A stretch of 64,000 bases of DNA, from the NCBI GenBank assembly GCA_037441775.1, contig JBBIRO010000007.1:46197-110196 (forward strand), given 5' to 3'. This DNA comes from Syntrophobacterales bacterium. Lineage in GTDB: Bacteria; Desulfobacterota; Syntrophia; Syntrophales; CAMTWB01. A model generated the notes under the pieces. That model had not been told where the DNA came from, did no database searches, and worked only from the letters and a program-made list of their open reading frames with translations. The position numbers were made by a program, and so were the translations under genes. Shown here in pieces: positions 29,747 through 38,284 of the stretch; positions within the stretch are counted from its first letter, which is position 1, and each line of letters opens with the position of its first letter.

Positions 29747-30387
29747 TTTCGCACCCCTAGTATTGTTTCTCCAGCCCTGACCTTCTGCCCTAGCTGGACC
29801 TGGATATCCGCCGCTGCCGCAGGAAGATAGACGTCCAGGCGAGAGCCAAACCTGATCAGTCCGAAACGCTCACCCTTCCGGACATCACTTCCGGTTGTGA
29901 CCCAGCAGACGATTCGCCGGGCGATCAGGCCGGCAATCTGGACAATCATAATATCTTCACCCTGGGTTGGCCTGATCACCAGGTGATTACGCTCGTTAAG
30001 GGCGGACGCCTTATCTAAATCCGCGGAAAAAAATTTACCTTCCCGATAATCAATAGCCGATATCCGTCCCGAGCAGGGAATTCGATTAACGTGAACATTA
30101 AAGACGTTCATGAAAATGCTGATCATCCTGTAGTTGCCGCGGATAAGTCCGTCCTCGACAACATCAACGATCTTGATTACCTTGCCATCAGCGGGCGCAA
30201 CAATGGCAGACTCATCCGGGGGAATTTTCCGTTCCGGGTTGCGGAAAAAACAGATCACAAAAATGGTAATCAGGAGACAAAAAATGGTCAACAAGAAAAA
30301 ACCAAATAGCCACGACAGGAAAGTTATGGCCGCGGAGATCACGATAAAGGGAATGCCTTCTTTGACTATGTAGGTATCATGATGCAT
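29743..30387 (-). CDS. psd: phosphatidylserine decarboxylase proenzyme (short form)
   Basis: N-terminal TM segments, NVHVNR motif and C-terminal FGSRLD self-cleavage (G-S) motif. Overlaps pssA by 4 nt. The ATG at 30387 is preferred to the longer ORF. Confidence 0.85.
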   Translation of the reverse strand: MHHDTYIVKEGIPFIVISAAITFLSWLFGFFLLTIFCLLITIFVICFFRNPERKIPPDESAIVAPADGKVIKIVDVVEDGLIRGNYRMISIFMNVFNVHVNRIPCSGRISAIDYREGKFFSADLDKASALNERNHLVIRPTQGEDIMIVQIAGLIARRIVCWVTTGSDVRKGERFGLIRFGSRLDVYLPAAAADIQVQLGQKVRAGETILGVRK

Positions 30388-30511
30388 AATTTCGTCTCTG
30401 GGGTTAGTGCATTTCTTTTTGGTTGCGGCTCTTGTTCGATATTTATAGTAATACTGCCGGCAAGTCAATTATGTTCTGAGTTGCCTATGATCGTCAGAAT
30501 ACACCAGAAGA

Positions 30512-31453
30512 CTAAATATCTGATTCCATCTCCAAATCCTCGGGGGTAAAGGTGACAACATCGTCGATGGTCTCGGCCTGGGTGAAAACCATGGCCAGGC
30601 GGTCAATGCCCAGGGCGATGCCGGCGGCGGATTTTATCCGGCCCAGGGATCGAAGAAAGGGTTCCACCGGGCCATATGCTGTTTTGCCGCAAGATAAGCG
30701 GTGAGAGTTTTCTTTGGCGAATCGCCGCCGCTGCTCCTTTTCATCGGTCAGCTCCGAAAAGGCATTAGCTATTTCCATGCCGCCCAGGTAGAGTTCGAAC
30801 CGCTCGGCCACCGCCGGCTCTTCTTTTTTGGCTCGGGCCAGACTGCCCAGGGAGATGGGATAATCATAGAGGATAGTCGGCCGGTTCCGTCCCAGGCGGG
30901 GTTCTATGGCCGAGACCAGGATTTCATCAAAAATTTCCCGCTTAAGCGCTTCTTCCAGGGGAGTGTCACTAAAGCGCGCAAAAGCCTCGCGAACGGTGAT
31001 TCTTGGCCAGGGTCTTTTCAATAGAATCATGTCGCCACGGAAGGCAAGGGCATTCCCCAAACTCAGTTCGCCCGCAACAAAGGTCAGCAAATCCTCTGTT
31101 TCCTCCATCATCTGGGTATAGTCTGCATCTTGCCGGTACCACTCCAGCATGGTGAATTCCGGCAGGTGGAGGTTTCCCCGCTCCCCGCCGCGGAAGCATT
31201 TGGCTATCTGAAATATACGCTCGTAGCCCATTGCCAGGAGCCTCTTCATGCAAATTTCAGGAGAGGTCTGCAAAAACCATTCGCCCGAGGGAATTGCGTC
31301 GATGTGGGCCTCCGGCAGGGGGGAAGGTATGCGGAGGGGTGTTTCCACCTCCAGGTACCCTTGGGAGAAAAAGAAGGCTCTTATGGCCTGGAGCATCCGG
31401 GCCCGGAGCCAGAGGGCGGTTTTTTTTCCCGCCGGCCGGGACAACCGGGTCAT
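30512..31453 (-). CDS. epmA: elongation factor P--(R)-beta-lysine ligase (PoxA/GenX)
   Basis: 313-aa truncated class II LysRS paralogue (FFSQGYLEVETP..., FTMLEWY, ALGIDRL). Adjacent to efp and epmB. Confidence 0.85.
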   Translation of the reverse strand: MTRLSRPAGKKTALWLRARMLQAIRAFFFSQGYLEVETPLRIPSPLPEAHIDAIPSGEWFLQTSPEICMKRLLAMGYERIFQIAKCFRGGERGNLHLPEFTMLEWYRQDADYTQMMEETEDLLTFVAGELSLGNALAFRGDMILLKRPWPRITVREAFARFSDTPLEEALKREIFDEILVSAIEPRLGRNRPTILYDYPISLGSLARAKKEEPAVAERFELYLGGMEIANAFSELTDEKEQRRRFAKENSHRLSCGKTAYGPVEPFLRSLGRIKSAAGIALGIDRLAMVFTQAETIDDVVTFTPEDLEMESDI

Positions 31454-31454
31454 G

Positions 31455-32015
31455 TCATTTCACCCGGGTGATGTATTCATCGGTGCGGGTATCCACTTTA
31501 ATCTTATCTCCGACCGCGATGAAGGGCGGTACCAATATCTGATGGCCCGTTGCTATTTTTATCGGCTTGGTATTGCCGGAAACGGAATCACCCTTTGCCC
31601 ATGGTTCCGCCTCGGCAACAATCAGGTCGATAAAGTTGGGCAGAGTTACTCCGAGGGGCTTGTTTTCGAAAAAGAGAATGTCCACCTCCAGGTTATCGAT
31701 CAGATAGTTTTTAGCATCCCCCACTTGTTCGGCGGCGAGAAAAACCTGTTCGTAAGTTTCCGTATCCATGAAACAGTATTTGCCCTCGTCAATATAGAGA
31801 TATTGCATCTTTTTTTCCTGTAAATCCGCCTGCTCAAAGTTGTCCACCGAGCGGAATGTCCGTTCGAACTGACTTCCGGTAATCATGTTGCGCAGCTTTG
31901 TCCGGTATAGGGCCTGTCCCTTGCCGGGCTTGACAAAGTTGAACTCCACGACTACGTGGGGCTCGCCATCTAGTTTAAGTTTTAAACCTTTTTTTAAATC
32001 GCTGGCGCTGTACAT
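31455..32015 (-). CDS. efp: translation elongation factor P
   Basis: 186 aa. The VKPGKGQA loop carries the modifiable Lys, consistent with the EpmAB pathway. Confidence 0.95.
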   Translation of the reverse strand: MYSASDLKKGLKLKLDGEPHVVVEFNFVKPGKGQALYRTKLRNMITGSQFERTFRSVDNFEQADLQEKKMQYLYIDEGKYCFMDTETYEQVFLAAEQVGDAKNYLIDNLEVDILFFENKPLGVTLPNFIDLIVAEAEPWAKGDSVSGNTKPIKIATGHQILVPPFIAVGDKIKVDTRTDEYITRVK

Positions 32016-32052
32016 TTGATTCTCCTTATTTTTTGATTGACGACTTCATAAG

Positions 32053-33066
32053 TCACGCGACCGTGGTTAAGCGCTCGAGCGGCACCTTTCCGGCCTTTCC
32101 CGGCATATCCCTGACATAACGGGGCAGGCACAGCCCACAGGTGGTCTGCCGCAGTTTTTCCATTATCTCTCTGCCACAGGCGGGATCGGCCTGAAAAGGG
32201 GAGGTTCCGGCCGCCATATCCGCCTGGAATAGGTAGTATGGCCTGATGGCTGCGCGCTGCAGTCCGTGGAGCAGGTCGCGCATAATTTCAAAACTGTCGT
32301 TTACTCCCCGGAGAAACACCGACTGGTTGGAAACGGGCACTCCCGCTTCCAGGATCATCTCGCAGGCCTTTTGCGCGTCGGGCGTTATTTCCACGGGGTG
32401 ATTGAACTGGGTATTTAACCATAGGGGGCGATGTTTTTTTAGAATCGCACATAATTTCCTGGTAATCCGCATTGGCATTACCACTGGGATGCGGCTGCCG
32501 ATCCGCAACACCTCCACATGGGGTATGGCGCGGAAGGCGGCCAAAAGCCAGTCGAGTTGATCGTCACTGAGAGTCAAGGGATCTCCGCCGGATATGATCA
32601 CCTCGCGAATCTCCCTTTTGGCGGCGATGTATTCCAACATAGCCGATAGCCGTCCTGCGGTCATCTCGAAACTGCCATTGCGCCAGATCCGTTTGCGATT
32701 GCAATGCCGACAATAGACGGCGCAGTTCCTGGTGACCAGGGCCAGACAGCGATCCTGATAACGATGTACCAGCGCAGCAACCGGCATGTGTTTTCCCTCA
32801 TCCAGCGGGTCGGGGGTCAGAGCCACGGGGTCCTCCATCTCCAGCGGGTCGGGGAGGCACTGTCGGCGGATTGGATCCATCTGGTCCAGGGGATCGGCCA
32901 GCAATGACAGGTAGTAAGGCGTTACCGCCAGGGGATAGGTTGCAACCACTCCTTCACACCCTCGAATGACCGCGGGGCCGAACAGGCTGGCAAGCTGGGG
33001 CAGAGAAGATATTCTGTTTTTCATCTGCCAGCGCCAGTTTTGCCAGTGCGGTACCTTTGGCTGCAT
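32053..33066 (-). CDS. epmB: EF-P beta-lysylation protein EpmB (lysine 2,3-aminomutase family radical SAM)
   Basis: CAVYCRHCNRK radical-SAM cluster motif and the N-terminal WRWQMKNRI motif of the KamA family. ATG at 33066; the track ORF begins at an upstream TTG at 33099. Confidence 0.85.
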   Translation of the reverse strand: MQPKVPHWQNWRWQMKNRISSLPQLASLFGPAVIRGCEGVVATYPLAVTPYYLSLLADPLDQMDPIRRQCLPDPLEMEDPVALTPDPLDEGKHMPVAALVHRYQDRCLALVTRNCAVYCRHCNRKRIWRNGSFEMTAGRLSAMLEYIAAKREIREVIISGGDPLTLSDDQLDWLLAAFRAIPHVEVLRIGSRIPVVMPMRITRKLCAILKKHRPLWLNTQFNHPVEITPDAQKACEMILEAGVPVSNQSVFLRGVNDSFEIMRDLLHGLQRAAIRPYYLFQADMAAGTSPFQADPACGREIMEKLRQTTCGLCLPRYVRDMPGKAGKVPLERLTTVA

Positions 33067-33103
33067 GATTCTATTTATGTTTGTAACGGTTCCTTCCAAA
33101 GTA

Positions 33104-33166
33104 ACCCTCGCCGTAAACCCTCTCCTCTCAAGGGAGTCCGACTTTTGACTTTTTACGAAGTCGGCA
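33104..33166 (-). repeat. dispersed intergenic repeat, copy A (motif CCGTAAACCCT..CTCAAGGGAG fused to GACTTTTTACGAAGTC end)
   Basis: Direct comparison by eye. Shares CTCCCTTGAG...AGGGTTTRCGG with 41994-42063 and 61389-61432. Shares GACTTCGTAAAAAGTC with 41918-42003 and 49288-49460. Confidence 0.7.
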
Positions 33167-33444
33167 AAATTGATTAGGCAGTCGCATCTATCATATGATA
33201 ATTATGATTGAAAGAATTAAATTGTCTTTGCGGTTTCGTCTCAAAAAAGAACAGCACGGACAATTAACAGCCTGGGTGGGTGATAGAAGAAAGTGGTTGC
33301 GTTGCCCTGTCAATTTTGCAAATAATTGAACCACAGGAGGTAATCAGAAGACGGATTTTCCCATTGCCCTTATGTAAAAGCGAAGTCGTGGAGTCAGCCA
33401 TAAGGCCCACACAATGAGTTAACCGTAGCAAGGAGGACGAGAGT

Positions 33445-34593
33445 ATGGAACTGTTGTCAGGCGAGCAATTGAAGGGATTGATGAGCAAGCAGGATGGACC
33501 ATGTCTGTCCATGTTCATGCCAACCCACAGGACCGGTGGCGAGATCAAACAGGATCAGATTCGCTTCAAAAACCTGCTGCGCAACGCTGAGGAAAGGCTT
33601 GCTGCATTGGGGCTTAGAACTCAGGAGTCTCTGGACTTTCTGGCGCCGCTGCAGAAATTGACATCCAATGTCCTCTTCTGGCGAAAACAGATCGACGGCC
33701 TGGCTTTTTTTGTTTCCCGGGATGTGTTTCACAGTTTTTCGCTTCCCGTCTCCTTCGAGGAATTGGTCTTAATTTCCGACCGTTTCCATATCAAGCCCCT
33801 GCTTCCCCTGTTTGGGCAGTTCCCCCGTTATTATCTTTTGGCCTTAAGTCAAAATCAGGTGCGATTGTACGAAGGCGCCAGTGTGCGTCTTTGGGAGGTG
33901 GATGTTAAGGGTCTGCCGGAAAATATGCAGGTTGCGCTTCACTATGATGAGCCGGAAAAGCAGGTGCGTTTTCGCGGTGGTCAGGCGGCAGGAGGCGACC
34001 GAGGCGCCATGATGTCCGGTCATGGCGCGGAAATAGACGACACGAAAGATAATCTTTTAAAATACTTCCGCAAGATAGACCGGGGACTGCGGGAATATCT
34101 CCGGGACGAAACGGCGCCGCTGGTGGTGGCGGCGGTAGAATATCTTTTCCCAATCTACCGGGAAGTCAACAGTTATGCCAATCTGATGGAGGAGGGTATT
34201 CCCGGCAATCCCGAAGGGTTATCTTCTGAGGCGCTGCATCGGCTATCCTGGCCCATTGTCAAGCCGTTCTTTCGCCGGGCAATAGAAGCAGCAATTGCCC
34301 AATACCGGCGGTTTTCCGGAACAGGGCTGGCCTCCAACGATATTGAAGTTATCGTTGCGGCGGCAAGTCACGGGCGGATCGCCAACCTGTTTATCGCCAG
34401 GGGGGCCAGGCAATGGGGTTTTATCGATCCGGAAAAAGATTTTGTCAAGCTATTGGATGGGCAGGAGCCGGGAAGCGAAGACCTGCTGGATTTCGCAGCT
34501 GTTCATACCTATCTGTCCGGGGGGGCGGTTTACGTCCTTGCCCAGGACGAAATGCCGGATTACAACCGGGTGGCCGCGGCATTTCGTTATTGA
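33445..34593 (+). CDS. hypothetical protein, candidate eRF1/Pelota-like (bacterial aeRF-type) factor with GGQ tripeptide
   Basis: AAGGAGG at 33430-33436, 8 nt before the ATG. 382 aa and monocistronic. Gly-rich loop RFRGGQAAGGDRGAMMSGHG (GGQ encoded at 33976-33984). The C-terminal segment DIEVIVAAASHGRIANLFIA...YLSGGAVYVL resembles the eRF1/Pelota domain-3 pattern. The family call is from memory of sequence patterns, not from a search. Confidence 0.5.
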   Translation: MELLSGEQLKGLMSKQDGPCLSMFMPTHRTGGEIKQDQIRFKNLLRNAEERLAALGLRTQESLDFLAPLQKLTSNVLFWRKQIDGLAFFVSRDVFHSFSLPVSFEELVLISDRFHIKPLLPLFGQFPRYYLLALSQNQVRLYEGASVRLWEVDVKGLPENMQVALHYDEPEKQVRFRGGQAAGGDRGAMMSGHGAEIDDTKDNLLKYFRKIDRGLREYLRDETAPLVVAAVEYLFPIYREVNSYANLMEEGIPGNPEGLSSEALHRLSWPIVKPFFRRAIEAAIAQYRRFSGTGLASNDIEVIVAAASHGRIANLFIARGARQWGFIDPEKDFVKLLDGQEPGSEDLLDFAAVHTYLSGGAVYVLAQDEMPDYNRVAAAFRY

Positions 34594-34609
34594 CCAGATG
34601 CGGATTAAA

Positions 34610-34625
34610 GGCTCTGTAAAGAGCC
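34610..34625. terminator. short hairpin between convergent genes (possible bidirectional terminator)
   Basis: GGCTCT-GTAA-AGAGCC, a perfect 6-bp stem, sits 17 nt after the stop of the 33445-34593 ORF and 26 nt after the stop of the convergent HD-domain gene. There is no strong U-tract. Confidence 0.3.
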
Positions 34626-34650
34626 GGTAGGGTGCGTTACGGCACACTGC

Positions 34651-35613
34651 TTATGATTTCGCGGCCGACCCCTTGTATATGTAGCGGTCAAACAGCCGGT
34701 GGAAGGGCGTCCAGTTGGAATTGTCGTCTGGCGATGCCTTGATGTATTCCTGAAAGGCGTTTATCTTGGCGTCCAGGTCGTCCACCATGTGAACTATTAT
34801 GGCTTCGACGGTATTGGGAAGCTTGGGCGATCCGTATTCCAGCATCCCGTGGTGGCTCAAGATGAGGTGCTTCAATTCTATGGCCAGGCTCGCCGGAAAT
34901 GATGGCAACCGGGCAATCCTTTCGGTAATCATTTCAGCGCCCATAACGATGTGACCGATCAGCCTTCCTTCGTCGCTGTAATCGATCAGGCGGTCATAAT
35001 TGAACTCGTAGATCTTCCCAAGATCATGCAAAATGCCGCCGGCCATGATCAGGTCCCGGTTCAATCCCTGGTAATGTCGGGTGACCTGATCCAGCAGGCG
35101 CACCACCGAAAGGGTGTGCTCCAGAAGCCCTCCCAGATAAACATGATGAAATCCTTTGGCCGCCGGCGCAAGTTGGAAACGATTCCTGATTTCTTCATCG
35201 TCGAAAAGGGATTTAAGTAGGGCCGTCAAGTGCGGATTGCCGATATCATCTACGTATTTCATCAGCTCTGCCAGCATTAGGTTCGCGTCTTGTCGGGCTG
35301 TGGGCAAATAATCGCTAAGGTCGATCTCTTCCGGCAGCGATGTTTTGATTTCGGAAATGGAAAGCTGAAGGATATTTTTATAGCTCTGCGCCTGGGCTTT
35401 GATCAGGATGATGTCTCCTTTTTTGAACAGGCCGTCTAATTCGGCGGCGTTGTCCCAGACCTTGGCCTCCACCTGGCCGCTCTTGTCGCCCAGCTTCAGG
35501 TTTAGGTAGGGGGCTCCCTTTTGCGAATAGGCCAGGATTTTTTCTTTGACCAGGAAGCGCTCGCTTAGCCTGTCGCCCTTTTTGATATCGCTTACGTAAA
35601 TTTGTTTCACCAC
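34651..35613 (-). CDS. OB-fold + HD-domain 3'-5' exoribonuclease, YhaM/Cbf1-like
   Basis: N-terminal OB-fold (FLVKEKILAYSQKGAPYLNLKLGDKSGQVEAKVW) followed by an HD domain (HHVYLGGLLEHT...GILHDLGK...SHHG). Confidence 0.75.
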   Translation of the reverse strand: MVKQIYVSDIKKGDRLSERFLVKEKILAYSQKGAPYLNLKLGDKSGQVEAKVWDNAAELDGLFKKGDIILIKAQAQSYKNILQLSISEIKTSLPEEIDLSDYLPTARQDANLMLAELMKYVDDIGNPHLTALLKSLFDDEEIRNRFQLAPAAKGFHHVYLGGLLEHTLSVVRLLDQVTRHYQGLNRDLIMAGGILHDLGKIYEFNYDRLIDYSDEGRLIGHIVMGAEMITERIARLPSFPASLAIELKHLILSHHGMLEYGSPKLPNTVEAIIVHMVDDLDAKINAFQEYIKASPDDNSNWTPFHRLFDRYIYKGSAAKS

Positions 35614-35628
35614 GTTGATTGTTCCCTT

Positions 35629-37542
35629 CTACTTAGTTGATTTGAGAATGCGGTTATCTCCCGTCCGGATGGTGAACTTGATCAGGTCGAAGTACTCCAT
35701 CAGGGGGATGACATATTTTCGGGAAAGACCGGTCAGCTCTTTGAAATCGGCCGGCGCCGCCTGACCCTTCTCCCGCAGGAGTTTAGCGTAGCGATTCTGC
35801 AGATCTTCAAGCGCATTACGGTGGAGATAATAATTTTCCTTGATTCTAACCAGCAGCCCATCTTTGACTAAAAGCGGGAAAATCTTTTTCGCCATTTCCC
35901 GGCGTTCGGCAAATCCGGCCAAAACATCGCTTGTCTCCGGTGGAGTGAGCCCGCAGCGGAGATAGATTTGAAGGATTTCCTGTTTTGTATCCTCCGAATC
36001 GCGGTCCAGGTCGACAGTGTGGGCGGCCGATTTGACGGTACGTTGATCAATTGCGATCCGCCGCTGCTTTTCCAGGGCCTGCAGGGCCAAGTTGAACAGC
36101 CGGATTGAGACGGAGACGCCGACGGAGTTGCGCAGCTCTTCCTTGGATATTCCTGGTTGCAGGGGAAATCTGCTATGGTAGTCAAGCAGATTGGCCAGGA
36201 TTTTCCCCTGCATACCAAGAAAAGCGGCGGCGGATACCAACAGGGTGTCCTCCGGCTGGATTACAATTGCCTGCTTCCGGATCAGGATTGCTTCCACCAG
36301 GGGTCGCAGCGCCTTCTGATTAAGGCCTGTTTTGGCGGTAAGTTCTTTGATCCGCACCCCATCGTTTCCGGCGCGGTTTATCAGGACCAGCAGGCGCTCC
36401 TCGTTGCCGCCGTCTTTCAATACTTCAAGATTGTTTATGACGGACGAAAGGCGCCTTTTTAGTTTCCGAGCGGCCGGATCGATTATTATCCCTCCGCCGA
36501 TGGTTGTAACCGGGGAATAGCTCCTAATTACAAACCTGTCCCGGGCCATGCAGGCGGCGGGCTGGCTTAGAAAGAGCTGGGCGTAGCAGGAGTCTCCCGG
36601 GGCGAGCTCCTCACGGTCGAACAGGTGCACGCGGGCCATGATTTCGCTGGTGCCGGTGTGAAACCTGACTAAGGCGCGATGTTTCAATCTCTGGCGCTTA
36701 AGGGGCAGATGGGTCAGGTAAATATCTAATCTTCGGGCTGCTTTTAGATATCCGGGCTGGGCTACAACATCTCCCCGGTTGATTTTTTCCTTTTCGATCC
36801 CCTGGATATTAAGCGCTGCCCGTTGCCCCAATTGGGCCTGCACCGCCGGTTGATTATAAACCTGAAGGCCCCGGATCTTTGCCGCAAGCCCGGAAGGCAA
36901 TATTTCCACGGAGTCGCCGGGGCGGACTGTACCCGAAATTAGCGTTCCGGTGACCACGGTGCCGAAACCTTTCATCGTGAAGACGCGGTCCACCGGAAGT
37001 CGCATGACGCCGCAATCGTGACCCTCTTCAACTCGTGAGGCTATTTGATCGAGGGCGGCGACAAACTCGGTAAGTCCTTGACCCGTTGCCGCCGATACGG
37101 GTATTAGCGGCGCTCCATCAAGCACCGAACCCTGGAGAAAGTCGCTAACGTCAGACTTGACCATTTCCAGCCAGTCGTCATCCACCAGGTCAATCTTGGT
37201 CAGCGCCACCAGCCCTCTGTTGATCCCCAAAAGCGAACAAATATCGAGATGCTCCCTGGTTTGTGGCATTACTCCCTCGTCGGCGGCAATTACCAAAACC
37301 AGAATATCGATGCCGGTCGCGCCGGCCACCATCGTCCGCACCAGGCGCTCGTGGCCCGGAACATCGACCACACCGATTTTTTGGCCGCGAGGCAGGGTAA
37401 AGTGGGCGAATCCCAGTTCAATGGTGATTCCCCGCTCCTTCTCCTCTTTCAAGCGGTCGCAATCAATACCCGTTAAGGCCTTGATCAGGGAAGTCTTGCC
37501 GTGGTCCACGTGGCCGGCGGTGCCCAGGATGATATGTTTCAT
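35629..37542 (-). CDS. selB: selenocysteine-specific translation elongation factor SelB
   Basis: 637 aa. GTPase N-terminus [19 protein letters not shown]...DVPGHERL...TKIDL plus a long winged-helix C-terminal extension. Confidence 0.9.
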   Translation of the reverse strand: MKHIILGTAGHVDHGKTSLIKALTGIDCDRLKEEKERGITIELGFAHFTLPRGQKIGVVDVPGHERLVRTMVAGATGIDILVLVIAADEGVMPQTREHLDICSLLGINRGLVALTKIDLVDDDWLEMVKSDVSDFLQGSVLDGAPLIPVSAATGQGLTEFVAALDQIASRVEEGHDCGVMRLPVDRVFTMKGFGTVVTGTLISGTVRPGDSVEILPSGLAAKIRGLQVYNQPAVQAQLGQRAALNIQGIEKEKINRGDVVAQPGYLKAARRLDIYLTHLPLKRQRLKHRALVRFHTGTSEIMARVHLFDREELAPGDSCYAQLFLSQPAACMARDRFVIRSYSPVTTIGGGIIIDPAARKLKRRLSSVINNLEVLKDGGNEERLLVLINRAGNDGVRIKELTAKTGLNQKALRPLVEAILIRKQAIVIQPEDTLLVSAAAFLGMQGKILANLLDYHSRFPLQPGISKEELRNSVGVSVSIRLFNLALQALEKQRRIAIDQRTVKSAAHTVDLDRDSEDTKQEILQIYLRCGLTPPETSDVLAGFAERREMAKKIFPLLVKDGLLVRIKENYYLHRNALEDLQNRYAKLLREKGQAAPADFKELTGLSRKYVIPLMEYFDLIKFTIRTGDNRILKSTK

Positions 37543-37697
37543 GGGAAGCTAGATAACAAAGTGGGGCTTATTTAACAACCGCAAAGATACGTTCGGGGTA
37601 ACGATTCGTGGTCTTTAGGTCGGTCAAATTTTGCCGATTGAACCGGCGGATTTAGAATATCATTCATTTCCCTGGGCGCCCGAAGAGTCGGCGCTAG

Positions 37698-37940
37698 GTG
37701 GGGCCTGGCATCCGGGCGACCATTATTATGGATCTGATGCGTCTGATCGACGAGATTCATCTGTTCTATCCGTTTTGTGTCAGTTGTAAGATTCGCGACC
37801 TGCTCTGGTCGAGCGGCTATGATGTGGTTCGGGATAAAGTTCGCCGTTTGATGTTTCGCATGGGCACAGAGGCGCTTATGTGAAACCGAGGCTGTCGCTG
37901 GCTCATCCAGGGCATGCTATCTATCCTTATCAGTCCCGCA
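37698..37940 (+). pseudogene. IS3-family transposase (OrfB HTH_21 region) remnant, frameshifted and truncated
   Basis: ...DLMRLIDEIHLFYPFCVSCKIRDLLWSSGYDVVRDKVRRLMFRMGTEALM* continues in another frame as KPRLSLAHPGHAIYPYQSR. This matches the IS3-type pattern IDE..L..PFYGSR.....L...G..V.R.RV.RLMR.MG..A...KPR.S.P...H..YPYLLR. No rve (integrase) core follows. Confidence 0.6.
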
Positions 37941-38078
37941 TCTTCCCTGTTTCGGCGGCTTCCAATCCCCGTTTTTGTAGGCACCGCGGTAGAAGACGAA
38001 ATCCAGCGCCTCCTGCCGGACAGCCGGCAGATCGAAACCCGCGCCGTCGTCCCGGATGGTCAGCCGCAGCCATCGGCT
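37917..38078 (-). pseudogene. histidine kinase ATPase-domain fragment (remnant)
   Basis: The minus-strand frame reads SRWLRLTIRDDGAGFDLPAVRQEALDFVFYRGAYKNG, which resembles the HATPase_c G1 box (DxGxG) and the F.FYR segment. It is bounded by stop codons, with no N-terminal kinase part. Confidence 0.35.
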
Positions 38079-38284
38079 CTATCCGCTTGAAGAGCCGTCG
38101 TCCAAAATCGCAAAGCGAGAGATGAAAAATCAGTTTCCCCGCCGGCAAAACCGCGTATCATAAAAGCTATCGCCGCAGAAAGGCGAGCAATAATAGAGCC
38201 TATAAATTCGGTCGCCGGTTGTCTTACAAAGGGTGAAACAGGCAGTAAGACTATCTTTTGATGCTGCGGCCGGATGGCTGCTGT

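Noticed and set aside
33264-33548. 94-aa minus-strand ORF overlapping the start of the eRF1-like gene.
   Set aside because: It is antisense to a gene with a strong SD and ATG, has no ribosome-binding site, and has an implausible composition.
35629-37542. A selenoprotein gene (in-frame TGA plus SECIS) near selB.
   Set aside because: No pair of adjacent same-frame ORFs split by a single TGA was evident in the window. The two AOR genes and the Fe-S/FAD genes read through without interruption.
37543-37700. Possible tRNA-Sec (selC) or other tRNA next to selB.
   Set aside because: I looked on both strands for a T-loop (GTTCRANYC) with flanking complementary stems and for a UCA anticodon loop. Only a weak GGTTCAATC string without a matching stem was found, and no acceptor-stem pairing.
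37930-38148. 72-aa track ORF on the minus strand (MPAGKLIFHLSLCDFG...).
   Set aside because: It is Arg/Gly/Pro-rich with no motif. A different minus-strand frame over the same DNA gives the kinase-like fragment, so the region is better explained as a pseudogene remnant.
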